From Chloroflexota bacterium (GTDB lineage: Bacteria > Chloroflexota > UBA11872 > VXNJ01): a stretch of 64,000 nucleotides of DNA. Position 1 is the first letter of the stretch; each line of letters opens with the position of its first letter. A program made the translations under genes and the position numbers. Positions 54,518 to 64,000 of this stretch are shown piece after piece. The stretch covers positions 1,760,001-1,824,000 of the forward strand of contig OZ253449.1 in NCBI GenBank assembly GCA_965261345.1, read 5' to 3'. The notes under the pieces are model-generated. The model saw only the letters and a program-made list of their open reading frames with translations, had not been told where the DNA came from and made no database searches.

Positions 54518-55279
54518 CTAATTCCCCGAGATTATCGGCGCCATCCCCGAAGACCTTAATTGGCGGCCCAGATTGGCGGTCAAAACCTGGTCGAGCAATC
54601 CCGCCAACTCGCGCTCGAAATTGGCGTCCAGCAGTAGCCGATCGCCATCGCCAATCTGGGCGTTTGCCATGTAGCGCAGGGCCTTTAGCGCCGCCAAACT
54701 CATTGGCACGGCCAAGACGGTGGTCGCACATTGCGGGCACAGCGCCCCACCGGACTGTGGTCCGAACCAAAGTCGGTCCGGATCTAGGTGACGATTGCAG
54801 TCGGCACAATCGCCAAGCTCAAGCCCCAGACCCAAGCGCGCTAGGGCGAGCAGCTCAAATTGCCAAAGCTGAGGGCCGATCCGTTCACGCTGGGCAATCA
54901 ACGCCAGCGCTTTGGCGGCAAGCGCAAATAGCCCGGGGTCGGGATCGTTCGCCGCGGTCCCCATGCGCAGGATTTCAACCACTCGCGCGGCGGCGGCAAA
55001 CCGCTGCCCGGCGCCAGAGAGTTGCGGCCACGCGGCGACCGAACGGGCGGCGGTGATCACATCGAGCGAGCGGGTCTTTACCAATTCAATTTCGACGGTC
55101 GCAAAGAGTTGCAGGTGACCGGCCAGGCGCGACCGCGGTCGGCGGGCGGCCCGCGCAACCGCGTTGAATCGGCCCGCGTTGCGGGCAAAAAGGAACACCA
55201 GGCGATCGGCTTCGCCAAGGTCGCGCAAACCAATTACGATTGCCGCATCGCTGTATGCTGGTCCGGATCGATTCATCAA
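54518..55279 (-). CDS. recO: DNA repair protein RecO
   Basis: GEADR, A..ARRP.SR..G, FEL..L..LG, CxxC...GG.LCxxC. Confidence 0.92.
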   Translation of the reverse strand: MMNRSGPAYSDAAIVIGLRDLGEADRLVFLFARNAGRFNAVARAARRPRSRLAGHLQLFATVEIELVKTRSLDVITAARSVAAWPQLSGAGQRFAAAARVVEILRMGTAANDPDPGLFALAAKALALIAQRERIGPQLWQFELLALARLGLGLELGDCADCNRHLDPDRLWFGPQSGGALCPQCATTVLAVPMSLAALKALRYMANAQIGDGDRLLLDANFERELAGLLDQVLTANLGRQLRSSGMAPIISGN

Positions 55280-55320
55280 AGTTTCAAATCGACCGGGGCT
55301 TGGGCCGGGCCAACATCAAC

Positions 55321-56637
55321 TCAGGCGGCCCGCGGACTTCCCGACTCGCTAGAGTCCGGATCGGACCCGCCTTGCGGTTTGACCCGCAGCTGGCGAATCC
55401 GGTTGTTCTCGACCTGGGCGACCTCTACCGCAACGCCGTCGATTACCAAGGATTCACCGTCGTTGGGGACGTGACCCAAACTCAGGAACACCAATCCGGC
55501 CACGGTGTCGGCGTCGACCGCGCTCAACTCGATTCCGGTCTGTTCGGCCAATTCGCTCAGCCGCACTCGCCCGTCGACTAGGAATGCGCCTTCGCTGTCG
55601 GTGGAAATCTCGATGGGATCCAGGTCGGTTTCATCGCGGATGTCGCCGACGATGCATTCGATGATGTCCTCCATGGTGACCAGACCGGCGGTGTCACCGT
55701 ACTCATCGATCGCAATGGCCATGTGTGTCCGCCCGGCCTGCAACTCGCCTAGCAAATCATCAACCATCTTGGTTTCGGGCACGAAAAAGGCTGGTTGTGA
55801 TAGCTGATGCACCGGCTTTTGGCCGGTGCCCTCGACCACCAGGGCGGCGGCGATTTGGCGCACTGATACCACCCCGGTGATGTTGTCGTGGTCGCCGGCG
55901 TATACCGGGAGCCTGGAAAATCCGTGACTAAGGGCCAGTTCGAGAGCTTCCGAGGCGCTCAAATTGCCATCCACCATGACCATGTCTGGGCGCGGGGTCA
56001 TGATGTGGCGAACCTGTTCGCGTGAAATATCCAACACGCCCTGGATCATGTCGACGTCCTCTTCCGAGATCGCCTCCTGTCGCTCCGAGGCGGCGATGAT
56101 CTCGCGCAATTCGCCCAATTCGCCGATCTCATCGGCTTCCTGGTGGTGGCCGAATATGGCCAGAATGCGATTGGCCAGCCAATCGGCCAAACCGGCCGGC
56201 GGGGCCAGCGCGGTCAGCAGCAGGGTCAGCGGCCGGGCCTGCGCCAGCGCAAGAGATTCCCCCCAGCGCCGGCCAGCGCGGCGGGCCAGGCGCGCCGCCA
56301 GGGCGATGTGGGCAAATGCCACCAGCAGCGTCAGCAGGCCGATGGCCAGTGGGAATGGCACGCCTGCGCGGGCAATCTCCGGGGCCAGCGCGCCCGCCGC
56401 CAGCGCCGCCGAGGCGGTGGCGGCCAATAGCGCCAGCGAGACGATTAGGGAGGCTCGCCTACTGTCGTCTTCCAGCATTTTGCCAATGGCGCGGGCGGAC
56501 TTGCTGCCGCCGTCGGCCAATTCGCGCAACCGGGACGGCCGCATCGAGAGCATCGCGGCTTCGACCGCGGAACCGTATCCGGCCAGCGCCGTCAACAGAA
56601 TGACACCGGCTAGGCCGGCCCAACTAGAAGGCTCCAC
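55321..56637 (-). CDS. hemolysin/CNNM family protein (DUF21-CBS-CorC)
   Basis: SA.E.A, IMTPR, FSRLPVY, FVPETK, DEYG.TAGLVTMED..E.IVG.I.DE.D, TVAG. Confidence 0.92.
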   Translation of the reverse strand: MEPSSWAGLAGVILLTALAGYGSAVEAAMLSMRPSRLRELADGGSKSARAIGKMLEDDSRRASLIVSLALLAATASAALAAGALAPEIARAGVPFPLAIGLLTLLVAFAHIALAARLARRAGRRWGESLALAQARPLTLLLTALAPPAGLADWLANRILAIFGHHQEADEIGELGELREIIAASERQEAISEEDVDMIQGVLDISREQVRHIMTPRPDMVMVDGNLSASEALELALSHGFSRLPVYAGDHDNITGVVSVRQIAAALVVEGTGQKPVHQLSQPAFFVPETKMVDDLLGELQAGRTHMAIAIDEYGDTAGLVTMEDIIECIVGDIRDETDLDPIEISTDSEGAFLVDGRVRLSELAEQTGIELSAVDADTVAGLVFLSLGHVPNDGESLVIDGVAVEVAQVENNRIRQLRVKPQGGSDPDSSESGSPRAA

Positions 56638-56730
56638 TAAGTGGAACCATACTCCCTAATACCGCGTCGCGTTCGGGCGAACACGCAAAGCTCCGAGCCT
56701 TCTTTTCGTCTGTTGTCGCAATTGCCAGAG

Positions 56731-57669
56731 TCAGATGAACAGGGCGCTGACTGATTCGTGCAAGTGTATGCGCCGGATCGCCTCGGCCAGCAGACCGGCA
56801 GTCGAACACACCGTCAGTTTTGGATGCCGGAACTGGACCGGAATCGTATCCGATACCAGGACGCTTGCAATCTTGTCAGATTCGAAAAGGTGGTTGATCT
56901 TGGGCGTAAAGTCCGCGTGGACCGCGGCCGCGTGCACCTGGGAGGCTCCATTGGCCAGTAGCAAGTCGGCAGCGGCCAGCAGCGAACCGCCGGTGGAGAT
57001 GATGTCATCAACGAGGATGCAGGTGCGCCCCGCGACATCTCCGACCAGCGATATTGGGGTGACCTCCTCGCCTGAATTTCGCTTTTTGAAGGTCACGAAG
57101 AGGTCCTCGGCCTGCATGCGCCGCGAGAAGTCTTCGGCGCGGGCGACCCCGCCGGCATCGGTGGAACCGACCGCGGCGGCGCGGTCATAGCCCTGGTCGC
57201 GCAATGACTGCGCCAGCAGTCCGGCCGCCCGCAGGTGGTCGACCGGGATGTCGAAGAACCCCTCGATGGCAGCCGCGTGGAGATCGATCGTAACAACCCG
57301 CGAAATCCCCGAGACCTGCAGCAAGTTGGCGACCAATTTGGCCGAAATCGGCTCGCGCCCGGCGGTTTTTTTCTCCTGCCGCGCATATCCGTAGTAGGGG
57401 ATTACGGCGGTGATTCGATCGGCCGATGCGCGCCGCAGGGCATCGACCATGATGAGCAACTCCATCAGGTGGTTGTTGACTGGGACGCACGTCGACTGGA
57501 CCACATAGGCGTCATAGCCGCGCACGTTCTCCTCAATCTGGATTTTGGTCTCGCGGTTGGGAAACGAACTCACCGCCGCGTTCCCGAGCGGAATCCCCAA
57601 ATCGGCGCAGATCGCGCTGGCCAGCGCGGTATTGGAAGATCCGGCGAAAACTTTCAGATTTCCGGTCAT
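56731..57669 (-). CDS. prs: ribose-phosphate pyrophosphokinase
   Basis: ENVRG, LMELLIM.DA, PYYGYARQ, REPISAKL, DLH, DDIISTGG; ATG at 57669. Confidence 0.96.
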   Translation of the reverse strand: MTGNLKVFAGSSNTALASAICADLGIPLGNAAVSSFPNRETKIQIEENVRGYDAYVVQSTCVPVNNHLMELLIMVDALRRASADRITAVIPYYGYARQEKKTAGREPISAKLVANLLQVSGISRVVTIDLHAAAIEGFFDIPVDHLRAAGLLAQSLRDQGYDRAAAVGSTDAGGVARAEDFSRRMQAEDLFVTFKKRNSGEEVTPISLVGDVAGRTCILVDDIISTGGSLLAAADLLLANGASQVHAAAVHADFTPKINHLFESDKIASVLVSDTIPVQFRHPKLTVCSTAGLLAEAIRRIHLHESVSALFI

Positions 57670-57821
57670 CGGCGCTGCCTGGGGTCTCCCGATTTCGTCA
57701 TGCTGATGGGCGATCGCGCGATGAACCCGATTGGGCGGCCGCAAGGCCGCACGGCAAATCGGCGACGGAAAAAAGTCTATTCGCAACGGCAACCGCGGTT
57801 GGCGTGATAATCGATGCGCCT

Positions 57822-59195
57822 ATGCCCACCGCCAAGCGCATCCGCGATCCCGTACACGGCCTTATCCGCTTCGAGGCCGAATCCGAGGTCGACCAATTGG
57901 CCTGGCAACTGCTGGACGCACCGGAGGTGCAGCGGCTTCGCGCGATCAAGCAGCTGGGATTTTTGCACCTGGTGTTCCCTGGCGCAACCCATACTCGCTT
58001 TGCTCATTCGATCGGGGTTTACTTCGTCGCCCGCAAGCTGCTTGACATCATCGCCCGGCAGCTGGGACCGGCTGACTTTGACGCGGACCGCGCCAGGGTG
58101 GCGGCACTTTCCGCCCTGCTCCATGATGTAGGCCACGGCCCGCTCTCGCACGTATTTGAAAAGGCCGAACACTCGGTGCTCGGAACCGGTGTCCACGAGC
58201 GATGGTCGGTTCGGGTAATTACCGGCGACACCGCAGTCTTCTCGATTCTGGAGCGGGCGACGCCCGGTTTGGCCCGGCAGGTGGCTGATGAGCTTAGCGG
58301 GAAGGGCCCGCGGGACATCTATTCGGCGGTGGTTGCTTCGCATTTTGATGCCGACCGACTCGATTACCTGGAGCGCGACCGGCAGATGACCGGATTGGCC
58401 TCGGCTTCAATCGATTTGACTTGGTTGCTAGACAGTTTGCGGGTCGAGGACCTGCCCGACCGATGGGGCGGGGGAGCCGGCTTGGTGCTGGCGCCAAAGG
58501 GATTGCGGGCGGCCGAGGAATACCTCCTGGCCAGGATCAATCTCTACCGTCAGATCTATTTGCACAAGACCTCGCGCGGGGCCGAGTTGATGATGGCGGC
58601 GCTGGCCGGGCGATTGGCCGGACTGATCAGCGATGGCCGCGCGGCCGCCAGCGGGCTAGCCGCGGGCCACCCGCTGTTGGCCCACTTCGGCGGGAGGGCG
58701 TCACTGTCCAGCTTTCTGGCGCTGGACGATGAGGTGCTCGGCGGCGCGCTGGCCGACCTGGAACACTCCGATGACGCCCAGTTGGCCGAGCTAGCGTCGC
58801 GCCTGCGCCGCCGCCGCATCTACAAGTGTTTTGATGTCGGCCAGCGAATCCGCAGGCCGGGTGGGCCGGAGCTGAGCAATTTTGCGGCCCTGCTCAGAGC
58901 ACGCGCCGGTTCGATGGGCTTAACCGAGGACCTGACGCTGCTTACCGATGCGGCCCGCGTGGACGCGATTTCCTCGTTTGGCCAGCATGGACCACGTTCG
59001 CAGCGACCGGTCCTGGTTAGAGCCTCGCCGGATGGGCCGCCGGTGGCGATCGTCGATGTCTCGCCGCTGGTGGCGGCGATCGCACCCGAGGAGGTGATGC
59101 GTTTCTACGTTCCCACCGATGAGCATCGCGAGGCAATCTGGCAACTTTGGCGGCAAACGATGCACCGCACCCAAGATGGCCAGGTGCCCGCCTAG
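57822..59195 (+). CDS. HD-domain phosphohydrolase, SAMHD1/YdhJ-like (dNTP triphosphohydrolase family)
   Basis: RDPVHG, QRLR.I.QLG, FPGATHTRF.HS.G, LLHD.GH.P.SH.FE, DADR.DYL.RD, Y.HKT. Confidence 0.88.
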   Translation: MPTAKRIRDPVHGLIRFEAESEVDQLAWQLLDAPEVQRLRAIKQLGFLHLVFPGATHTRFAHSIGVYFVARKLLDIIARQLGPADFDADRARVAALSALLHDVGHGPLSHVFEKAEHSVLGTGVHERWSVRVITGDTAVFSILERATPGLARQVADELSGKGPRDIYSAVVASHFDADRLDYLERDRQMTGLASASIDLTWLLDSLRVEDLPDRWGGGAGLVLAPKGLRAAEEYLLARINLYRQIYLHKTSRGAELMMAALAGRLAGLISDGRAAASGLAAGHPLLAHFGGRASLSSFLALDDEVLGGALADLEHSDDAQLAELASRLRRRRIYKCFDVGQRIRRPGGPELSNFAALLRARAGSMGLTEDLTLLTDAARVDAISSFGQHGPRSQRPVLVRASPDGPPVAIVDVSPLVAAIAPEEVMRFYVPTDEHREAIWQLWRQTMHRTQDGQVPA

Positions 59196-59926
59196 ATCAG
59201 GAGAGTGCCCAGCCCGCCCCAGATGACCGTGTATTTGAAAGCGTTGCCCAGAAAGGCGGCCAGCCCATAACGCCAGAACGGGTAGCGTACCGTGCCGGCA
59301 ATGATCCCGATCACGTCAAAAAACGGATTGGGAACTGCGGCAAAACCGACGATGATTGCATCCGCCAGCCAGGGGCTCGACCGCATTATCCGCGACACCC
59401 TTCGGATCCAGCCAGAATCGGCCAACAGAGCCGCGCTGGAGCGTCCCAGTAGGTAGCCTACGCCCTCGCCCAGGGTTTGCCCGGCGGCGGCGGCCAATCC
59501 GACCGCTAAGGGGTCATTTAGTGAGGACCCCAAGGCGATTATGGTGAGCGCGGTGGGCGCTGGCAGGATTACCGTCGAGGCGCCGATTAGGGCGACCAGG
59601 AACGCGGCCAGAACTACCGGTCCTTCGAATTGCTCGACCAAGTCGACGAATATCCAGGCGAGCATCGCCACCTCGACGATGAGGAGGATGGCGACCAGCT
59701 GTCCGACCAACGGCCAATCGAGTCGCAATCGCCACCGGCCGAGTGCGCCGGCGCATGCCAGCAACCCCAGGCCCAACAGGACCAGGTAACCGGGCGCGAC
59801 CGCGCGCAATGGCTGCCGCAGTACCCACGAGGCAACCAGAATCAGGCCGATGGTCGCAACCACCGCGACGAACTGCCGGCGACTCAACGCGGGCGCGGTC
59901 TTGCTGACCGGAGTCGTAACTTCCAT
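59192..59926 (-). CDS. VTT/DedA-domain membrane protein
   Basis: STVILPAP, G..LGE..GY.LGR, PNPFFD..GI.AG; ATG at 59926. Confidence 0.82.
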   Translation of the reverse strand: MEVTTPVSKTAPALSRRQFVAVVATIGLILVASWVLRQPLRAVAPGYLVLLGLGLLACAGALGRWRLRLDWPLVGQLVAILLIVEVAMLAWIFVDLVEQFEGPVVLAAFLVALIGASTVILPAPTALTIIALGSSLNDPLAVGLAAAAGQTLGEGVGYLLGRSSAALLADSGWIRRVSRIMRSSPWLADAIIVGFAAVPNPFFDVIGIIAGTVRYPFWRYGLAAFLGNAFKYTVIWGGLGTLLI

Positions 59927-59939
59927 CGCCCTATCCGAC

Positions 59940-61058
59940 CTAGAGAAACTGCGAACGCCGGCTGGCGTTGAGTAGAGCGAGCACCTCGGGTATCTGCTGG
60001 GCGGAGTCCCGCGCGCACACCAATATCGCATCGCCGGCTTCGACCACCACCACGTCGTCTAACCCTACGACCGCGACCAGGGCCGACTCGGCGTCCACCA
60101 GGCAGCGCTGGCTGTTGACAAACAATGGGGTCTGGCCCGGTCTGCCGGCCAGCTGGTTGTCGCCGGCTGCCTCAACCCGTCGGGAGACCTTGTAAACGCC
60201 CTCCCAGGTGCCGATATCGGCCCAGGCGAAGTCGGCCGGGACGGTGTAAACGTTATCTGCTTTTTCCATCACGACGGTATCGATCGCCTCGACCGTAAGT
60301 TGCGACCAGACTTTTGCCAACGCGTGTTCTGGTTGTCCGAGGCGGAATGACTCGGTCAGCTGGTGCATGGCGATGGCCAGGTGCGGAGCGTGGATGGAGA
60401 AGGCCGCCAGCAGCGCATCGGTTGTAAAGGCGAAATAGTTGCAGTTCCAGAAATGCCGGCCACCAGCAAAGAACGCCTCGGCGGTGGGCCGATCGGGTTT
60501 TTCCACGAATGCGGTGGTCTCATGAACCGCAACGCCGTTGAAGGTGCCGGCCGGGTCGCCCAGCTCGATATAACCCATCCCGGTGTCGGGTCTGGATGGA
60601 CGGATCCCGATCGTGAGCAAGCCGCGAAATTTCCGGGCAGCCGCCGCCGCCGCCCTAAGCGATTGCCGAAAGGCCTCGTCATCCCCGACGAAGTGGTCTG
60701 ATCCCACGGTTATCAGGGTCGGGTTGCGAGCCTTGGTTGCCGTCAGTGCGGCAGCGGCGGCGATCGCCGGGGCGGTGCCCTTGCCGGACGGCTCGGCGAT
60801 GATCTGGGTGCGATCAATTTCCGGCAGCTGGACGGCGATCTGATCGGCCTGGGAGGCGCTGGTGACCACCAATATCTGCTCCGGGCTGGTGAGCGGTGCC
60901 ACCCGTTCGAAGGTCTGACGAAGCAGACTCAATTTCCCGTCAAAGCTAAGCAGCTGTTTAGGTTTTTGGCGGCGTGACTTGGGCCACAGCCTGGTACCCG
61001 AACCGCCGGCAATGATCGCCAGGAACGGGGCGGAATCAGATTCAGGCGATTCCGGCAA
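59940..61058 (-). CDS. manC: mannose-1-phosphate guanylyltransferase
   Basis: AGGSGTRLWP.SR..PKQ, EP..K.TAPAI, SDH, TG.GYI, FVEKP, ID..VMEK, W.D.G.W. Confidence 0.92.
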   Translation of the reverse strand: MPESPESDSAPFLAIIAGGSGTRLWPKSRRQKPKQLLSFDGKLSLLRQTFERVAPLTSPEQILVVTSASQADQIAVQLPEIDRTQIIAEPSGKGTAPAIAAAAALTATKARNPTLITVGSDHFVGDDEAFRQSLRAAAAAARKFRGLLTIGIRPSRPDTGMGYIELGDPAGTFNGVAVHETTAFVEKPDRPTAEAFFAGGRHFWNCNYFAFTTDALLAAFSIHAPHLAIAMHQLTESFRLGQPEHALAKVWSQLTVEAIDTVVMEKADNVYTVPADFAWADIGTWEGVYKVSRRVEAAGDNQLAGRPGQTPLFVNSQRCLVDAESALVAVVGLDDVVVVEAGDAILVCARDSAQQIPEVLALLNASRRSQFL

Positions 61059-62319
61059 GTTGTTCGTTTAAGGGGTCTTGGTAGGTCGAGACCGATCCAG
61101 TAAGGATTTGGTCGATGGTGACGCTGGCACCAGCGATCCCGGACTCGATTACGGCTAGCACGGTTGCCAGGGCGCTGCGGCCCTGCGTGATCCCGACCTC
61201 GGGTTGCGAGCCGGAGAGAATGCAGTCGCCCAGCTCCCAATATTCGGACGCGGTTATTCGAGCGTCGATCGCATTGAATCCCAGTTCGATTCGGCCGATC
61301 CGGGAGCCGCCGAATAGTCGTGCCGTGGTGTCGGGCAATTCGAAATCCGGAACCAGGTCCAGGACCGCTTCACCGGAAATCTCACCGTGGCCGGATCTTG
61401 GCGTTACCCGTATGGGATGGCCGGAGCGGTCTTCGGGGCATTCGATCATCCCGCCTTCCAGATAGATGCGGCGGAGCCGCATCCGCTCGCCGCCGCCGAC
61501 CCCCAGGCCCATCGTCCACTGACCGCCGGCCCCGGACTTGAAGCGGAGCAGGGCAAATCCGGAATCGATGCCGTCGGACCGATAGCTGCCGTGGACGGTT
61601 CGATTGGAAAGCTGGTAAAACTCGGCCAGATTGCCGCTCAACCCTTGCCAGTCGCGCTCCGGCTCCAGAACCCCCGACCAGGCCGCAACCGATTCCAGCG
61701 GACCCATGAAATATTCGAATATGTCGGCGTGGTGGACCCCGACGTCGAGCAGCACCCCACCCTCGGCTCGGGTGGAACGCCACGGCGTTATCACGACCGC
61801 TCCGCCGCCGGACAGGGTGGTGTCGAGCATCATCTGCGGGGCGCCAAGGACACCGGAGTCAACCAGCGCCCGGACGAGGCGGTTGAGTGGATCGCGGCGG
61901 TAATTTTCAGCCACTGAGAGGACCGTTTCGCTTCCAGCAGCCGCAGCTAGAAAATCGGCGGCGGCGATCGTTAGGGCCACCGGTTTTTCGACTTGCACGT
62001 TGATCCCCGCGCGCAGGGCATCGGCGGCAACCGTGTGGTGCGATGCCGGCGTCGTTACGACGTCAACTGCGTCCGGCGCTTCGGTTTTGGCCAATTCCCC
62101 AAATTCCTGGTACACCCGCGGACGAATGCCCAGTAGCTGCTCGGCCAATTCCGCCGCCGCCGCTCCGGCTTCCGGAAACGGGTCGCAGACGGCGGTCAGC
62201 GAAAACGGGCAGATTCCGGCATCAACCAACTGGGCCAGGCCATGCAGGTGCCGCCGACCCATCCCGCCACAACCGACGAGGACCAGCTTCAGATCATTGG
62301 ACTCGCTGTTGATGACCAA
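61042..62319 (-). CDS. Gfo/Idh/MocA oxidoreductase
   Basis: VGCGGMG.RH, EKPVA, AENYRRDP, GG.LLD.GVH. Confidence 0.88.
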   Translation of the reverse strand: MVINSESNDLKLVLVGCGGMGRRHLHGLAQLVDAGICPFSLTAVCDPFPEAGAAAAELAEQLLGIRPRVYQEFGELAKTEAPDAVDVVTTPASHHTVAADALRAGINVQVEKPVALTIAAADFLAAAAGSETVLSVAENYRRDPLNRLVRALVDSGVLGAPQMMLDTTLSGGGAVVITPWRSTRAEGGVLLDVGVHHADIFEYFMGPLESVAAWSGVLEPERDWQGLSGNLAEFYQLSNRTVHGSYRSDGIDSGFALLRFKSGAGGQWTMGLGVGGGERMRLRRIYLEGGMIECPEDRSGHPIRVTPRSGHGEISGEAVLDLVPDFELPDTTARLFGGSRIGRIELGFNAIDARITASEYWELGDCILSGSQPEVGITQGRSALATVLAVIESGIAGASVTIDQILTGSVSTYQDPLNEQLAGIA

Positions 62320-62390
62320 TTAGTCGCACAGCAAGATGATTTGGCGACTGCGCCAATCCGCCCGCTTGATGGGCAATTCCATATAGATCT

Positions 62391-63077
62391 TTAGGAAGCG
62401 CTGAAGATGCCTTGGCCGGGTTGGGTGCCTTCGTAAGTAATCGTGCCGCCTTCGGGCACGTCCACCGCGAAACCCTCTTCCCAGAGTTCGCCCTCGATGG
62501 CCACCTTTGCCAGTGGTTGGCCGGCAGCGCCCCACTGGACATAATGGTGCATATAGGTCCAGTCCAGAACGTCGGGCGCTTCATTGTACAAGCCTAGTTC
62601 GCCTGCGGTCGGGTCTGGCGGAGCCAGGGCGCCGTCCATGAAGACTTCGGTTTCGGTATTGGCGCCCGGACCGTAGCCGACGGTCAGGATTTCACCGGGC
62701 TGGAGCTTGAAGTTGCCCGGGATCTCCCATTCGGAACCGTTTGCGGCCAGGGTCCAATAAAACATTGTGTCCTGGGCGGAATTGCGATTTTCGATCACGA
62801 TCTTGGAGTCGGGACCGGCAAAATTGATCGAGGCGATAACCAAACGACCGGGGGCAAGTCCGAGACGCGCCCGCTCATCGGGAATTCCACCGGGTTGGCC
62901 CTGTCGGACCTCGGTCCCACCTTCAATGTTCTGACCTTCGGTCCAACCCTGTAGGCCGGGTTGGTCCGGCGCGCCGGACGGTTCCCCATCGCCGCACGCG
63001 GCAAGCAGGGCGCTAGCGCTGACCAATCCCAGCGCCGAGGCCGAAAAACTGAGGAATCTTCTTCTACTTAACTGCAT
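62391..63077 (-). CDS. Tat-exported lipoprotein with a lamin-tail-like beta domain
   Basis: SD AAGGAGG; SRRRFL twin-arginine motif plus LLAAC lipobox; I.I.N...L.PGE.L.V...GELGLY...YVQWG. Confidence 0.72.
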   Translation of the reverse strand: MQLSRRRFLSFSASALGLVSASALLAACGDGEPSGAPDQPGLQGWTEGQNIEGGTEVRQGQPGGIPDERARLGLAPGRLVIASINFAGPDSKIVIENRNSAQDTMFYWTLAANGSEWEIPGNFKLQPGEILTVGYGPGANTETEVFMDGALAPPDPTAGELGLYNEAPDVLDWTYMHHYVQWGAAGQPLAKVAIEGELWEEGFAVDVPEGGTITYEGTQPGQGIFSAS

Positions 63078-63217
63078 CGTCCCCTCCTTGGATTTAAAAA
63101 TCAGATGGAAAATGAATGAGGTATCGGCTGTTTGACAATTATCGACCGGCTCCAACCTAGCGCGTTGATAGCTTACCGAGCGCCGGCCCGCGCCGGGAGT
63201 GGGGGGCTGCGGTGGGC

Positions 63218-64000
63218 TTAGCCCTTGACCGCGCCGGCCAATAGACCGCGCATGAACAACCTGCCCAGCAGGAAGTAAAAAAGCAGGGTGGGCAGGCTAA
63301 CTATTAGCGCTGCAGCAAACTGTACGTTGTATTCGACAAAAAACGAGTTTGAGGTATTTACGACGCCGACCATTACCGGGGCGTCCTTGGGGTTGCTCAG
63401 GATGGTGAGCGAGAGCAGATAGTCGTTCCAGATTGCGGTAAATTGCCAGATCAAGACGACGGCGAAAGCCGGCGCTGCGATCGGGAACATGACGTGCCGA
63501 TATACCCCGAAGAACCCGGCGCCGTCAACCCGGGCGGCCTCGATCAGATCGTTAGGCACCGAGACGAAATAAGCCCTAAATATCAAGGCGGTAATCGGAA
63601 TCCCGAAGATTGTGTGGGTAAGAATCAGACCGGGAATGGTGCCGTAGAAGGTGCAGATCTTAAACGGTTCGGTGAAATCGGCGGAGAGAAAAATACAGGG
63701 GGCTTTGATCTGGGTCAGGGTGAGCACCAGCGGGATCAGGATGCCCTGATAGGGGAGAAAGAGACCAAACAGCACCAGCAGGAATACGACGTTGGAATAG
63801 CGGAACCGCCACTTGGCAAACACGTATCCGTTGATTGATCCCAGGAACGACGAGATTATGGCCGCCGGGATCGTCACTTTGGCGCTGGCGATCATGTTGG
63901 TTTGAACCGCCAGCCATCCGCGCTCGAAAGATTCGAGCGAGAGCCCGGTGGAGGGCGGCTGCCACATCGAGGAAGGGTGCACTTCGCTAAAGGGCTTGAG
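63218..64000 (-). CDS. carbohydrate ABC transporter permease (5' part outside the window)
   Basis: EAA motif VPNDLIEAARVDGAG, FTAIWNDYL, GLLAGAVKG. Confidence 0.93.
   Translation of the reverse strand, partial: LKPFSEVHPSSMWQPPSTGLSLESFERGWLAVQTNMIASAKVTIPAAIISSFLGSINGYVFAKWRFRYSNVVFLLVLFGLFLPYQGILIPLVLTLTQIKAPCIFLSADFTEPFKICTFYGTIPGLILTHTIFGIPITALIFRAYFVSVPNDLIEAARVDGAGFFGVYRHVMFPIAAPAFAVVLIWQFTAIWNDYLLSLTILSNPKDAPVMVGVVNTSNSFFVEYNVQFAAALIVSLPTLLFYFLLGRLFMRGLLAGAVKG

Noticed and set aside
56638-56730. M-box or fluoride riboswitch before the CNNM gene
   Set aside because: Too short for an M-box, and the conserved motifs of either class were not seen.
1-64000. CRISPR array, transposase, integrase or prophage genes
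   Set aside because: No regularly spaced repeats and no DDE, tyrosine/serine recombinase, Cas or phage structural motifs were seen; nearly all space is taken by recognisable chromosomal genes.

Overview
GC-rich, very densely coded chromosomal segment that looks like core genome. Gene content and protein style suggest a Chloroflexota-like bacterium (inference, no search run). It holds about 60 CDS. Housekeeping genes: ribD fragment, coaE, rplS, rnhB, mrp, birA, rluB-like, nnr, acpS, acyP, ruvBAC, yebC, nadBC, ogt, infC, aspS, uvrC, alpha2-type glyQS, recO and prs. Other coding content: two MoxR ATPases, an ECF sigma/anti-sigma pair, a heterodimeric ABC exporter, two amidases, a split UxaA pair and a Gfo-TIM-TIM-Gfo sugar catabolic cluster. 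RNA genes: tRNA-Gly(CCC) and a convincing 6S RNA downstream of aspS. I saw no CRISPR array, transposase, integrase or prophage. The most striking signal concerns translation initiation. Five genes appear to need near-cognate start codons (ATC or CTG), supported by well-spaced Shine-Dalgarno motifs, a CTGA stop/start overlap or conserved N-terminal motifs upstream of the first ATG/GTG/TTG. About a dozen more genes start at TTG. The IF3 gene in the same window starts at ATG, is detached from rpmI-rplT, is coupled to an unknown gene, and has substitutions at N-domain initiator-tRNA-contact positions. Together these suggest, as a hypothesis, relaxed start-codon selection in this lineage. All family calls come from motif recognition by eye.
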